NCBI GenBank assembly: GCA_965215015.1
Contig: OZ244042.1
Span: forward strand, 608,001 to 672,000
Length of the DNA: 64,000 nt
Direction of reading: 5' to 3'
Source of the DNA: Candidatus Poribacteria bacterium
GTDB lineage: Bacteria; Poribacteria; WGA-4E; PCPOR2b
Position numbers and translations under genes: made by a program. Below are positions 1 through 11,046 of the stretch, in pieces. How positions within the stretch are numbered: the stretch's first letter is position 1; each line of letters begins with the position of its first letter. Below the pieces are notes generated by a model. It searched no databases. It was not told where the DNA came from and was given only the letters and a program-made list of their open reading frames with translations.

Positions 1-326
1 AAAAAATCGCCGCGATAGCTGAATCCTACCATAGTGCGGTTGTCACCCATAATTTCTTGGGGCCGTTGGTTACAACCGCTTCGCTACATCTTGATGCAAG
101 TATTCCAAACTTTATCACCCAAGAGTATACCAAGGGGGACGAGGCTCCCAACCATTCCGTTTACAAAACTTGTTATCAACGCGAGGGCGGTTATATTTCG
201 ATTCCCGAAGCACCGGGACTCGGTGTGGAATTGGACGATAGTCTGATAGAGCAGAATCCCTATCAACCGATGAACACCGGTCAGACTTTGTTGCGGAAAG
301 ATGGCTCGGTCGCTTATGCTGTGTAA
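1..326 (+). CDS. 3' end of mandelate racemase/galactonate dehydratase-family enolase (partial, starts before window)
   Basis: The frame is open from nt 3 (KIAAIAESYHSAVVTHNFLGPL...SLHLDASIPNFITQE...PEAPGLGVELD), the typical C-terminus of DgoD-like enzymes. Confidence 0.85.
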   Translation, partial: KIAAIAESYHSAVVTHNFLGPLVTTASLHLDASIPNFITQEYTKGDEAPNHSVYKTCYQREGGYISIPEAPGLGVELDDSLIEQNPYQPMNTGQTLLRKDGSVAYAV

Positions 327-353
327 TGAAGGACAGGCAGAGGGGAGAACAAC

Positions 354-1157
354 TCACATAAAATCATGTTTTACACTTAACAGATCTGGCAACGCATGTA
401 AGGTTTGGATGGTTTCTTTCCAACCTCCAGTTTGCGTTCCCTTCCGGTCTAGCAGAATTGCACGGATGCCGGCAGCCTGCGCCCCGATAATGTCCGCCTC
501 AAAGGAGTCCCCGACATGAATAGCTTCTTCTGCGGAGACACCAATGGCATTTAAGGCGTATTCAAAAATAGCTGCGTCCGGCTTCGCACTCTGCACCCGC
601 TGATCATGAGAGGCGACGACTACCTCAAAATAGGGGGCAAGTCCAAGCTCTTCAACCATGGCATGTAAGGGTGTATCCCAATTGGAGATGATTCCCATCT
701 TTAGATCCGTTTGCTGCAATCGGTTTAGGGTCGGCAGAACATCTTCATAAAGCGTGGCATTGTTGCGCGAAAATAGCGCGTGTTCGTATTGCAAGACTTC
801 CCATGCAATCTGATCTACATGCTCAGGCACTCCTAGCTTTTTGAGAAAAACGCAGCAGGCATCAAGCTGCCGGAATATCGTATCTCGTATATTGTTTCTC
901 GGCTTTGAGGCTTCATACGCTTCGGTCAGAATCGCCCGCGCTTCGTCGTAAACAGACCAATCCAGACGCAGCTGATACCGATCAGCAATCTTGCGAATAG
1001 TTACATGGAGCGGCTGCGTCCAGAAGATGAGCGTATCAAAGAAATCGAAAAAAACAGCCCCGATAAGATTGGTTCCGATTTCGTTGTCCCGAGAATCGGG
1101 ACTTACGAGATCGTGAATTCTCGATTCCATCGGGAGATTCAAAGCAATTTTTGTCAT
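354..1157 (-). CDS. HAD-superfamily hydrolase (subfamily IA)
   Basis: Motifs AVFFDFFDTL, IISNWD, KPDAAIF and HVGDSFEADIIGA; AAGGAA precedes the ATG. Confidence 0.85.
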   Translation of the reverse strand: MTKIALNLPMESRIHDLVSPDSRDNEIGTNLIGAVFFDFFDTLIFWTQPLHVTIRKIADRYQLRLDWSVYDEARAILTEAYEASKPRNNIRDTIFRQLDACCVFLKKLGVPEHVDQIAWEVLQYEHALFSRNNATLYEDVLPTLNRLQQTDLKMGIISNWDTPLHAMVEELGLAPYFEVVVASHDQRVQSAKPDAAIFEYALNAIGVSAEEAIHVGDSFEADIIGAQAAGIRAILLDRKGTQTGGWKETIQTLHALPDLLSVKHDFM

Positions 1158-1217
1158 TGAATTTCCTTATTGTACTGACGAGACTTGGTTCCTACATCAT
1201 TTGTGTTTCGACAGCTA

Positions 1218-1250
1218 AACCCTGAAAAGGTTTACAGCCTTTTCAAGATT
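1218..1250. repeat. Imperfect palindrome, related to 61558-61591
   Basis: AACCCTGAAAAGGTTTACAGCCTTTTCAAGATT versus AACCCTTGAAAGGTTCAAGCCCTCTTAAAGGGTT. Confidence 0.5.
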
Positions 1251-1292
1251 AGTGATCAAGTGATGTAAACCGCTCAACCGAGGAGGTTTCCT

Positions 1293-2639
1293 ATGATACC
1301 GTGGATCTTTACCCACAGCCCACTCGAACATTGGCTACCCGACTACCGACGGACATTCGACGCTTGGGAGGACGGAGGGGTGCGTGGCATCGTGTTCGGT
1401 TACTTGCAGTTCATGCAGGATGATGGTACGACGATTCGGACCTTTGCCCCTGACCCGGAGGTGTACAAATCATTCGGGGTGGACCCTCCACCGGAAGTCC
1501 CGCGTGATTTGAAAAAAGAGAAACAACTATACGCCATGTTAGACGATGCCGCCTCGCGCGATTGGCATATTATGACTTTCAGCGTTCCCGGCGGCGGGGG
1601 CACACGACCATTGGAGGAAGACCCTTATGGCGCGGTAGGGTTCGCTGCCAGCGTTCAGGATACGATGAACGCTTACCCTCAAGCGCACGGTGTTATCATA
1701 GATGGGCCTGGGGAACAACATTACGAATTAGCCTTCCATCATGGCGGGGAATTGCTTGAGATTCGTGACCATGAATGGCATCGTTTCGCAGCGTTAGGAA
1801 AGGATATCCCCCGTTTGGAACGGGGCATTGCACACCTATGGGAACGGCTCCACAACCTGACGCCGTCTCTGGTACGATATCATGCGCCGGGTGGGATGTT
1901 AGCAGCGTTGACATTATTTGATATCAACGAAGATGTGCTCTACTGGCTGCGGACCCGCCAAGAAAACGCGTTGGGTTACATGCGGGCTGTACGCACCCAA
2001 CTCGACCAGTTGGACCACAAGGTAGAATTAGGCGGCATCCCGCGCACTGCGACCTTCTCTTCACTCACTGGACAGAACTATCAACAGATGGCGCCCCTTT
2101 TCAACTACATCTTCCCCAAGCACTACTTCTGGCATCGGGGCTTCGATGGGATGTACGGAACGATTGCACGTTGGGTGCAGAAACTTTCTGAGTGGAATCC
2201 CACATTGACGGAAGCGGACTGCTTTGCGGCGGTAACATCGCTATTTGGGATTGATCTACCGGGCGTTCACTCGCTGATGGATATGGAGACGGGGTTCCCG
2301 GAGGAGTTCTTCTCGGAGGTTGTGTGGAGCGAAACCCGACGTGCGCTGGAAGCGATTGGGGACAATGATAAAGTAGTCGCTTGGGTGTCTACGGGACGCA
2401 GCCCGCACGCCGGCGACGCGATGACAGCAAGAGATCTCCATAACATCTTGACAAACTCGGAACGCGCAGGATTAAAGCGATTTCTCTTTCACCCAGATCC
2501 AGACCTCGGTGCGGCGGAGTGGCGCGTAATTTCGGGGCTGTGTGGGAATTTGTGGCAGGAGGATCCCAATGGATATTGGCCCTCTGATACTCAGAAGCCA
2601 GATGCGTTCAATGGCGGCAGAAAACTCTCCCGTTCATAA
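1293..2639 (+). CDS. Hypothetical 448-aa cytoplasmic protein, possibly a TIM-barrel fold
   Basis: Long ORF with strong GAGGAGG RBS; no family motif recognised. Confidence 0.75.
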   Translation: MIPWIFTHSPLEHWLPDYRRTFDAWEDGGVRGIVFGYLQFMQDDGTTIRTFAPDPEVYKSFGVDPPPEVPRDLKKEKQLYAMLDDAASRDWHIMTFSVPGGGGTRPLEEDPYGAVGFAASVQDTMNAYPQAHGVIIDGPGEQHYELAFHHGGELLEIRDHEWHRFAALGKDIPRLERGIAHLWERLHNLTPSLVRYHAPGGMLAALTLFDINEDVLYWLRTRQENALGYMRAVRTQLDQLDHKVELGGIPRTATFSSLTGQNYQQMAPLFNYIFPKHYFWHRGFDGMYGTIARWVQKLSEWNPTLTEADCFAAVTSLFGIDLPGVHSLMDMETGFPEEFFSEVVWSETRRALEAIGDNDKVVAWVSTGRSPHAGDAMTARDLHNILTNSERAGLKRFLFHPDPDLGAAEWRVISGLCGNLWQEDPNGYWPSDTQKPDAFNGGRKLSRS

Positions 2640-2701
2640 AGTTTCAAAGTGGAATTTTATCGATGAAAATTACAAAAAATATGGTTTGTAGCGTTTTCAG
2701 A

Positions 2702-3460
2702 TAGGACTTATTCAGTTGAACGCTCGAAGCCAACCCCCTGCAAGCGGGAGAGAACCACACCCTCTCTAACTCCCCCGCAAGCGAGGGAGAACTGGCGGAT
2801 CGCTCGTTGCGGATAGTCCCGCATCCCTACCGGCTATTGGGGGGTGATATGGCGGGTTGGGAGAGCATCGGCTATACGGGCCCACCGAAAGCTGGGTAGA
2901 TTTTTAGAATGTAGGTTGGGTTTCACGGTACCCGTTCAACCCAACCTACGGACTGATATAATTGTCTGAATCTTGGATTAAATTGAGGACGTGGATTGCG
3001 TGAATTGTTGCCCCGATGCTCCTCAATCCAGAGATTGGGACAGGTTGACCGGGATTCAAAGCAATCTGAATCAGGATTTTCAGAATTTAAGGATTCACAG
3101 GATAACCATCAACACTTCAACTAATGGCCCCATCTTCTAAAGATTCATATGGAACACCGATCGGTGTTTCTTACTATGTCGTTGTCGTTTGCCTCTTTTT
3201 TAGTCCCATCAGTGGGATCTATCGCGAGCTTAGAGTTGAGTGTAGGTTAGGTTGATAGGTAAATGTAAGGAACGCTCTCTGCTTTCGCTACCACGCGCCT
3301 CCTCCAAAGGGGTACACCCATCAGGACCTATTTATCAGCACCCCTTAATTAATAAAACGTGAAAAGAAACTTTTCACCGCGCTTTTTATCTGAATCTGGA
3401 TTTACAGAATTGCTATGCACCTGTCTCCTCACTGAACCTTTAGGGGGTAACTTGCGTTAG
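2702..3460. repeat. Intergenic cluster of REP/MITE-like repeats
   Basis: Degenerate TIR TAGGACTTATTCAGTTGAAC (2702); tandem CCCCC(T)GCAAGCGRGRGAGAAC units (2734-2792); hairpin GTAGGTTGGG...CCCAACCTAC (2912-2949); three TCTGAATC-led units (about 2965, 3065, 3389); degenerate GTAAGGAACGC unit (3265). Confidence 0.7.
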
Positions 3461-3526
3461 TTTAATCAACTTTCTTACGAATTTGGCTACATATTATCAC
3501 TGATACTTTTGAAGGAGATATAAATA

Positions 3527-4117
3527 ATGGAAGCATTTAAAGAACATGTCGGGCTTGCAACACCGTTGAATCGGTTGAATGTAGACACCGATCAGATTAT
3601 TCCCAAGCAGTTTCTCAAACGGATTGAACGCACCGGTTTTGGACAGTTCCTGTTTTACGACTGGCGTTTTCTGGACAATGGCGACCCCAATCCGGACTTT
3701 GTCCTGAATAATCCCCGTTATCAGGAGGCAAGTATTTTGGTTGCTGGAGCAAACTTTGGCTGCGGTAGTTCACGGGAACATGCACCGTGGGCACTACAAC
3801 AGTACGGGTTCAAGGCGGTTATCGCGCCTTCATTTGCGGACATTTTCCGCAACAATTGTTACAAAAACGGCATCTTACCCATTGCTCTACCTGACAGTGT
3901 TACCGCAGATCTGATGCAACAGATCGAAGCACAGGTAGGCTACAGGTTGATGATTGATTTGGAAGCACAGCAGGTGGTTCAGCCTGACGGGACCTCTCAT
4001 CCCTTCGAGATTGGCGACTTTGAGAAGCACTGTTTGTTGAATGGTCTGGATGAAATTGGTTGGACGTTGCAATTTGATGAACAAATTTCAGCGTATGAAG
4101 GGCGAATCGGAGCTTAG
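3527..4117 (+). CDS. leuD: 3-isopropylmalate dehydratase small subunit
   Basis: [28 protein letters not shown] and SFADIFRNN motifs; AAGGAG RBS. Confidence 0.97.
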   Translation: MEAFKEHVGLATPLNRLNVDTDQIIPKQFLKRIERTGFGQFLFYDWRFLDNGDPNPDFVLNNPRYQEASILVAGANFGCGSSREHAPWALQQYGFKAVIAPSFADIFRNNCYKNGILPIALPDSVTADLMQQIEAQVGYRLMIDLEAQQVVQPDGTSHPFEIGDFEKHCLLNGLDEIGWTLQFDEQISAYEGRIGA

Positions 4118-4189
4118 CGTAACTGCACTGATGAGATAATCAGAATCGGTGTCGTATCAATCCCTGCTGGAATGTGGGAGGAGAATACT

Positions 4190-6715
4190 ATGGCTGAAAA
4201 ACAGGTCACACTACCCATAACAGGAATGCATTGTACGAATTGTTCGGACACCATCGCACGCGATTTGAGGAAGCTGGATGGTGTGGAAGCGGCGAACGTC
4301 AACTATGCCACCGAGAAAGCAACGGTCACGTTCAACCCGTCTGTACTGGATGAGGGTGCTATCATTGAGAGAATTAAAGCCATCGGTTATGGGGTAGCAA
4401 CAGGTGAGATCGGATTGCCTATCACAGGGATGAACTGTGTCAACTGTGCAGCAACTGTCGAAAAGACGCTTAACAAGATGAGACCGGGCGTTATCTCTGC
4501 GACTGTAAACTTCGCTACAGAGAAGGCACAGATAGCGTACATACCCGGTCAGGTGACTCCTGCTGATCTCATTGCTGCCATTAAAAGGACAGGCTACGGT
4601 GTCGTCGAAGCGGATTCTGACCAATTTGCGGATGCCGAGCAGGCTGCCCGCGAAACCGAAACCCATGATCAGACGCGCAAGTTTTGGACTGGCGTTGTCT
4701 TCTCTCTCCCACTCTTCCTTTTTAGTATGGCTCGGGACCTTGTACTGCTGGGGAATTGGTCTGATGCTTCCTGGGGTAACTGGTTGATGTTTGCTCTTGC
4801 CGCACCGGTGCAATTTTATGTCGGATGGAGCTATTATACGGGTGGTTTCAAAGCACTACGTAACGGCGCCGCCAACATGGACGTACTGGTTGCGATGGGT
4901 TCATCCGCTGCCTTCTTTTATAGCTTACCTGTTACTATTGCGTTGACGTTAGGCAGCACTGCCCTAGGCAGCCATGTCTATTTTGAAACATCAGCGGTCA
5001 TCATTACCCTCATCAAACTCGGCAAACTGCTTGAGGTCCGTGCGAAGGATCAGACCGGTGCCGCCATTAAAAAGTTGATAGGACTGCAAGCGAAAACAGC
5101 CCGCGTAGTGCGCAACGCTGTAGAGATTGACATCCCCATTGAGCAGGTAGTCCTCGGGGACGTGGTGATCGTGCGACCGGGGGAAAGAATCCCCGTTGAT
5201 GGGGTTATTATTGAGGGCAATTCTACGATTGACGAGAGTATGCTCACTGGAGAGAGTATACCAGTGGATAAGGGAAAAGGCGATACGGTAATTGGGGCGA
5301 CCATTAATAAACAGGGAAGGCTCAAGTTTGAAGCGCACAAGGTCGGCGCAGAGACCTCACTTGCACAGATTATCCGTCTCGTCCAAGAGGCACAAGGGAG
5401 TAAAGCACCAATTCAGCATCTCGCCGATCGGGTGGCGTGCGTTTTTGTGCCCGCTGTCATTGCGATAGCAACCCTCACCCTGCTGATCTGGTGGCTTGTC
5501 GTGGGTGCTGGTTTTACGCCATCGATGATTCGGCTGGTAGCGGTGTTAGTCATCGCTTGCCCTTGCACACTGGGGCTTGCCACACCGACTGCCATTATGG
5601 TCGGCACAGGTAAAGGGGCGAGACAGGGGATCCTTTTCAAAAATAGCGAGGCACTTGAACTCGCTCATTCGCTCAAGGTAGTGGTTCTCGATAAGACGGG
5701 TACAATTACTATAGGGGAGCCATCGGTGACGGACGTGGTGATTGCGGAGGGGGACACCCCAAGCGTTATCCCTAAGGCGTTAGGGAATGGGGGAGAGATG
5801 GAAAAGAAGCAAAAGGAAGAAGCTGCAATCCTATGGCTGGCTGCCTCGGCAGAGCGAGGAAGCGAACATCCGATCGGTGAAACTATCGTACGGGCGGCGC
5901 AGGGGTGTGGACTGTCGCCGGTAGAGCCTTCCCGATTTGAAGCCTTAGCTGGACAGGGCATTATTGCTCAGGTCAAAGGGCATCAAGTCGCTTTGGGCAA
6001 TCTCAAAATGATGAACAAGCAGAATGTCGATCTCAACGGCTTAGAAATCGAAGCAGAAAAGTTGCAGGCACACTCAAAAAGTGTAATCTGGATTGCCGTT
6101 GATGGTAAAGCAGCTGGACTGATTGCTGTGGCGGATACCATTAAACCCGGTTCCAAAGAGGCAATTGCCGAGATGCACCGTCTGGGCTTACAGGTGGTGA
6201 TGGTCACCGGCGATAACCGAGCTACGGCGGAAAGTATTGGCAACGCTCTCGGAATTGACCGGATCCTCGCCGAAATCCTACCGGAGGATAAAGCAGCGGA
6301 AGTGAAGAAGCTACAATTAGAAATGAAGCAGGAATCTCAGGCAAATGGGCATGTGGCGATGGTCGGTGACGGCATCAACGACGCGCCGGCGTTAGCCCAA
6401 GCGGATGTGGGTATCGCCATTGGCACGGGCACTGATGTGGCGATTGAGGCGGCTGATGTCACCTTGATGCGAGGAGATCTCCGGTCCGTACCACAAGCAA
6501 TTGCCCTCAGCAAAGCGACGATGCGCGTTATCAGGCAAAATCTGTTCTGGGCTTTTTTTTACAATGTCCTCCTCATCCCGGTGGCAGCGGGCGTGCTGCA
6601 CCCGTTCACCTTCCTACCGATGATGCTACGCGCTCTGCACCCGGTGTTGGCTGCCTTCGCTATGGCTTTTAGCAGTGTAACCGTTGTTGGCAATAGTTTA
6701 CGGATGAAGCGGTGA
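4190..6715 (+). CDS. copA: Cu(I)-translocating P1B-type ATPase with two HMA domains
   Basis: GMHCTNC and GMNCVNC metal-binding domains, [26 protein letters not shown] and MAFSS; start placed at ATG 4190 after GGAGGAG. Confidence 0.95.
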   Translation: MAEKQVTLPITGMHCTNCSDTIARDLRKLDGVEAANVNYATEKATVTFNPSVLDEGAIIERIKAIGYGVATGEIGLPITGMNCVNCAATVEKTLNKMRPGVISATVNFATEKAQIAYIPGQVTPADLIAAIKRTGYGVVEADSDQFADAEQAARETETHDQTRKFWTGVVFSLPLFLFSMARDLVLLGNWSDASWGNWLMFALAAPVQFYVGWSYYTGGFKALRNGAANMDVLVAMGSSAAFFYSLPVTIALTLGSTALGSHVYFETSAVIITLIKLGKLLEVRAKDQTGAAIKKLIGLQAKTARVVRNAVEIDIPIEQVVLGDVVIVRPGERIPVDGVIIEGNSTIDESMLTGESIPVDKGKGDTVIGATINKQGRLKFEAHKVGAETSLAQIIRLVQEAQGSKAPIQHLADRVACVFVPAVIAIATLTLLIWWLVVGAGFTPSMIRLVAVLVIACPCTLGLATPTAIMVGTGKGARQGILFKNSEALELAHSLKVVVLDKTGTITIGEPSVTDVVIAEGDTPSVIPKALGNGGEMEKKQKEEAAILWLAASAERGSEHPIGETIVRAAQGCGLSPVEPSRFEALAGQGIIAQVKGHQVALGNLKMMNKQNVDLNGLEIEAEKLQAHSKSVIWIAVDGKAAGLIAVADTIKPGSKEAIAEMHRLGLQVVMVTGDNRATAESIGNALGIDRILAEILPEDKAAEVKKLQLEMKQESQANGHVAMVGDGINDAPALAQADVGIAIGTGTDVAIEAADVTLMRGDLRSVPQAIALSKATMRVIRQNLFWAFFYNVLLIPVAAGVLHPFTFLPMMLRALHPVLAAFAMAFSSVTVVGNSLRMKR

Positions 6716-6757
6716 TTGATGATTAATTTGTCTTGCGAAGATTTGATTTCATAAGAA

Positions 6758-6983
6758 TAGGGCTTACGCAGTTGAACGTTCAAACCCTCGTAGTTCAGTG
6801 ATGAATCACCTGACAATACGACTCACGACGCCCGATTCATTGGGCAACTACAATTCAATCTACAGTAGTAGGTACGCTCCATTGTGCCGCAATTTGCACA
6901 AGGATTACGGCATACGGCGTATGCCTACTACCTCAAAGAGGCGCAATGAACGCGCTATTACAAACTCAAGTGCGTAACTCCTA
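6758..6983. mobile_element. MITE-like element with TAGGRCTTACGCA-type termini enclosing an inverted GTAG-REP pair
   Basis: Left end TAGGGCTTACGCAGTTGA and right end TCAAGTGCGTAACTCCTA (15/18 inverted match); internal GTAGTAGGTACGCTCCATTGTGCCG (6865-6889) and ACGGCATACGGCGTATGCCTACTAC (6907-6931). Confidence 0.7.
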
Positions 6984-6997
6984 AAGGATGCAGCTAT

Positions 6998-9325
6998 ATG
7001 AAAACCCATGGTTTGCTTGCAGGCGTCGTTCTCTCTGTGATGCTTCTAGGCCTCGCCCTTGCCCTTTCGGCTTTGGCTGAGGACTATTTCGATCAAATCA
7101 CGGTTTTTTCTCATGGCAGAATCACTCGCTTTGTCGAAATGCCGATAACTGTTTACATTACACCCGCGTTACAAGTGACGTACCTTCCCGCGCTACGGTA
7201 TGCGATGCGCCAGTGGGAAGCAATCTCCGATGGAAAGATTCAGTTTCAAGAGTTGCAAACGAGTAAGGATGCTGATATCCGGGTACGTTGGGGACATGGC
7301 GGCGTGGCGAATATGGATATAACTTATGGAAAAGCAGAACTCACACGCCACCACGCCGGGGATTTCTCCGTCGAAATTATTCTGTCCCTACCTGATTCGT
7401 CAGTGGCGGAAAAACTGTCGCAGGAAGAGATTCGGACGGTTTGCCTGCATGAATTTGGGCACGCCCTCGGACTGTGGGGACATAGTCCTGATCCGCTTGA
7501 TGTGAGTTTTTGGGCATCAATCGCGCAGCGTCCAACCGCTCGGGATCGGGCAACATTGTTGAAGGTCTATGCCACACCACAAGGCACCTCTCAACACAAT
7601 GTTGCCATTAACAACCTGAAAAAGCAGCTCGAAATCAACCCGAAGAACGCACGTACGCATTACCTGATGGGGACAATCTACAACGACAAGGGAAATATCG
7701 AGTCAGCGGTTACTCGCTTCAAAACCTGTCTTGAAATAGACCCAGACTTCCACCCGGCGCGGGAAACCCTCCTACAAGTGTACCAGAAAGTTGGTCTCTC
7801 CCAACCGGCTGTCGACCTGCTTGAAGAAACGCTCAAGCAACTGCCTTCGTCCAATGACTATAATACGATTGGCGTGATGTACTATCGGAACGGAGAGACC
7901 GACCAGTCCATAGCTGCTTTCCGAAAATCGCTCGAAATGAACCCCTACGATCCGATACCGCGACATAACCTTTATCAGATATTTCGAGAGCAAGGGATTA
8001 AGGCTTTGAGTGCTAAAGCGTATGAGAAAGCAGCGTTATATTTCGGCGAAGCACTTCAATTCAAACCTGATGATGCACTTTTGTACCGCCTTATGGGCGA
8101 CAGTTATGCTAGGGACGGTGATTTCAAAAACGCCATCGTGCAATACCGCCAGGCAATCGAATTCGATCCCGTCAATTTGGAAATCAAACAGAATCTTGCA
8201 GGATATTTGAGCAACTACGGTGTAGAGTTGACAGGCACCCAACGTTGGGAGGAGGCAATCGCTGCATATCAGGAAGCATTACAACTGATCCCAACGCTAA
8301 ATATCGTGCATGCGAACCTATTGGATGTTTTGTGGAAACGCGCCAACTCGCACCGCAAATCGGGTCATGTCAATAAGGCGATTGACGCCTATCTTCAACT
8401 TATTGAGGTGGATGCGAATGCCGCTGATGCACACAGTCTACTCGGCGAGCTGTATCTGAAAAAGGGGGCATATGCACAGGCGATTGGGGCATTCCAATCG
8501 GCGTTTTCCGCGAAGCCTGATGAGGGGCAATCTCGTAAAAACCTCGTTGTTGCTTACCACCATTATGCACAACACCTTGATGGTAAAGGGCAGTATGACG
8601 ACGCAATTGATCAGTTACGGCTTGCACTGGCACTGTCCCCTGAACAGGTGAACATCCGCTTGAGCCTCATCAACACTTATCAACTTGCCGGTGATTTTTC
8701 AAGTGCCGAAACAGAGTTGGAAAGGCTTTTGAAAGATGCGCCGCAGGGTTTGCAGGCAGAAAGTGTCTCAAAAAATCTGCATGTGGCCCGTGGAAATGCC
8801 CTCATGAATCAAAGAAAATATACCGCTGCATTGGCAGAGTTTGAAAAGATCGACACCGCAGCAAAAAGCACAGAGATTTATAACATAATTGGCTATCTAT
8901 ATCTAGTAAAAAAACAACCGATTTCAGCGATAGCGGCTTTTGAATCCGCATTAGCTCTGGCACCGATGAACAACGTTGCTTTCCAAAATCTGCTTTCAAT
9001 TGAATCGCAATTTGAGCGACAGTTTGTCAATAATCGGCATTCACCGCGTATTAAGAACCACCTCGCCCGGGCACGAAATAGTCTCGTCGGGTGTTATATT
9101 GGTCGTGATGAACTTCTAGACGCTGTGGAGGAATATCGGGCATCAGTAGAGGTAGCACCGGCGGCGAAGGAAGTAAGAATCGCACTGACAGATGTCGGCA
9201 GACAGCTGATATTGGCGTTACAACAAAAGAATACGCGTCAGGAGATGAGAGAGGTCATGGATTGGGTTGAGAAATTGGACGTTGCCAGTTCAAGCGTCGA
9301 ACAGCTACTTGATGGCGGCAATTAG
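6998..9325 (+). CDS. Secreted matrixin-like (metzincin) zinc protease with long TPR array
   Basis: Signal peptide; HEFGHALGLWGHS zinc motif; more than 10 TPR-like repeats. Confidence 0.88.
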   Translation: MKTHGLLAGVVLSVMLLGLALALSALAEDYFDQITVFSHGRITRFVEMPITVYITPALQVTYLPALRYAMRQWEAISDGKIQFQELQTSKDADIRVRWGHGGVANMDITYGKAELTRHHAGDFSVEIILSLPDSSVAEKLSQEEIRTVCLHEFGHALGLWGHSPDPLDVSFWASIAQRPTARDRATLLKVYATPQGTSQHNVAINNLKKQLEINPKNARTHYLMGTIYNDKGNIESAVTRFKTCLEIDPDFHPARETLLQVYQKVGLSQPAVDLLEETLKQLPSSNDYNTIGVMYYRNGETDQSIAAFRKSLEMNPYDPIPRHNLYQIFREQGIKALSAKAYEKAALYFGEALQFKPDDALLYRLMGDSYARDGDFKNAIVQYRQAIEFDPVNLEIKQNLAGYLSNYGVELTGTQRWEEAIAAYQEALQLIPTLNIVHANLLDVLWKRANSHRKSGHVNKAIDAYLQLIEVDANAADAHSLLGELYLKKGAYAQAIGAFQSAFSAKPDEGQSRKNLVVAYHHYAQHLDGKGQYDDAIDQLRLALALSPEQVNIRLSLINTYQLAGDFSSAETELERLLKDAPQGLQAESVSKNLHVARGNALMNQRKYTAALAEFEKIDTAAKSTEIYNIIGYLYLVKKQPISAIAAFESALALAPMNNVAFQNLLSIESQFERQFVNNRHSPRIKNHLARARNSLVGCYIGRDELLDAVEEYRASVEVAPAAKEVRIALTDVGRQLILALQQKNTRQEMREVMDWVEKLDVASSSVEQLLDGGN

Positions 9326-9384
9326 AACGGGTGTGAACAGACACGGTTCTGTGCAACGGCATCAAATTAACCGGAGGAAGATAA

Positions 9385-10007
9385 ATGGAAGGGCTACCAA
9401 ACATCAATTCGATACTGGAGCTGTTCGTAGATGATTGGCTTATCGAGGAGATGAACGGCGTGAGCCTTCAAATGCACCGTCCCATTCCTCAAGCAGTCGT
9501 CCTTGAGTTCAATCAACCGTGGAAGGGATCGATAAGTTATGACCCGGTGGTGATGAAAGAGGGGGGCCGCTATCAACTGTGGTATCAGGGATGTAGCACT
9601 GAATACTGTTTGTCAATCTGTATCCCCACCTGAAAAGACGGGGGAGTTAGATGGAAGATTCTGATAACACCCCCTGGAATCTGTCAACACTTTTTTCGAT
9701 ATTTTCGGTGTAGTGAGCAGGTATTTCTGGCGATCTCCAACGTCCCGCCACTCGCATATCCACAACAGACGCGCCTACTGTGCCAACGAGCCCACAGATT
9801 CCACACAACGAATGCTTCAGAGATAAAGCCTTCGATACCCCCAAGAGTTGTCCGGCATTTGATTGCGTTGAGATTTTTGAGGATGAAATTGAGCGGGTTG
9901 TCAGATGGAAAAACGGCAGCGATGTCAACTTGCTGGCAGGCAAGCCGATTTATCTCCGCTTCGTTATGGCAGTAGCAGACCTGTACGCCATACAGTTTCG
10001 AGCATAG
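9385..10007 (+). pseudogene. Internally deleted and interrupted glycoside-hydrolase-like beta-propeller gene
   Basis: N-terminal ELFVDDWLIE...MHRP...YQLWYQG (to about 9591) and C-terminal DEIERVVRWKNGSDVNLLAGKPIYLRFVM..ADLYAIQF (from about 9857) match the two ends of one longer protein type; the middle is replaced by foreign DNA. Confidence 0.7.
9704..9839 (-). pseudogene. Frameshifted C-terminal fragment of Cre-like tyrosine recombinase
   Basis: Across frames: GIEGFIS / HSL / SLAQ / GASVVDMRVAGRWRSPEIPAHYT, matching the H-x-x-R...G-x-W...Y box II pattern. Confidence 0.65.
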
Positions 10008-10065
10008 TTCTACGATGTTGATAGCGGACTGGTCTGCCAAATCCAAACCGATGGATAATCGGCTA

Positions 10066-11025
10066 CTAGCCTATATTCAGGTAACGCGCTGCATCGGCTT
10101 CCTGCCATTGGAATTGTAGGTGTGTTGTTTCGTGCGGCTTGAAGGGTTTTATCACCTCGTCAACAGGTGTGCCTAACACATCAATCCGCTCAAAATCTGC
10201 GACTCCGTAACCCATCTCATTGGCGTAGTGAAATAAACCGATCTGCAAAGGTTCAAATCCCATCGCCTTCGCGGTTACAGCGTCCGCAGCAAATACATCG
10301 GCACTAGCGACAGCAATTCCGAGCGGAATTGAATCTGTGCCTCCAGGACCATTCCCCTGCAAACCAAGAGTGCCATCGATGACAGCGATATCTGGGCATA
10401 GATGTTGGGACAGGCGGATTAGGTTGATGTTCAATGTTTGCGCTTCACGCGGTAATTCCCGATTGGCATGACTATGGTAGCCGTGCATCTTGATGCGATC
10501 CGAGAGATGGAGCGTCCCCATAATCATGTTTTTGAGGGCAAGCGTCACCACATCAACATCGTGCGTTTTTGCGACCGCAACCGAAATTGTGGATGGACAA
10601 TCGAGCACAGTTTTGGGCATCCGTACGGTTACTTCGCTGCGATCGGCAAGAACGACGGGGGTCTCTTCCCAATGCTCATCTTGATGCAGGTCTACTAACC
10701 GAATCGGAATGTCATATTCGTCGAGCAAAACCCTGTAACCGAAATTATCGAAAGCCTCTCCCGAAAACGCTTGGTTGGCACCTTCTGCAATGATAATCTC
10801 TTTCGGTGGCTCTGGCACAGTTAACAAGAAATCAATCGCGCCACGGATTGCGTCAACGTGTGTCGAGGCAAGCTGATTTGTGCTGGAAAGGAAATTCGGC
10901 TTCAACATCACCTGCTCACATAATTTTGGTGTGACATCGTCGCGCACGAGTTCTAGAGCGGTGAAGATGTTTTGGCGTCGCTCGCCGGTTCGGGCGAGTC
11001 CAACTCTCGTTTGATTGGTAGCCAT
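10066..11025 (-). CDS. DUF362 domain protein
   Basis: VMLKPNF, IIIAEG, KTH...VTLALKNM and IDG...GNGP motifs. Confidence 0.85.
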   Translation of the reverse strand: MATNQTRVGLARTGERRQNIFTALELVRDDVTPKLCEQVMLKPNFLSSTNQLASTHVDAIRGAIDFLLTVPEPPKEIIIAEGANQAFSGEAFDNFGYRVLLDEYDIPIRLVDLHQDEHWEETPVVLADRSEVTVRMPKTVLDCPSTISVAVAKTHDVDVVTLALKNMIMGTLHLSDRIKMHGYHSHANRELPREAQTLNINLIRLSQHLCPDIAVIDGTLGLQGNGPGGTDSIPLGIAVASADVFAADAVTAKAMGFEPLQIGLFHYANEMGYGVADFERIDVLGTPVDEVIKPFKPHETTHLQFQWQEADAARYLNIG

Positions 11026-11046
11026 CGGTATCCTCCTTATTTTTTA

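Noticed and set aside
2700-3460. CRISPR array
   Set aside because: The repeats are heterogeneous, not regularly spaced, and there are no cas genes.
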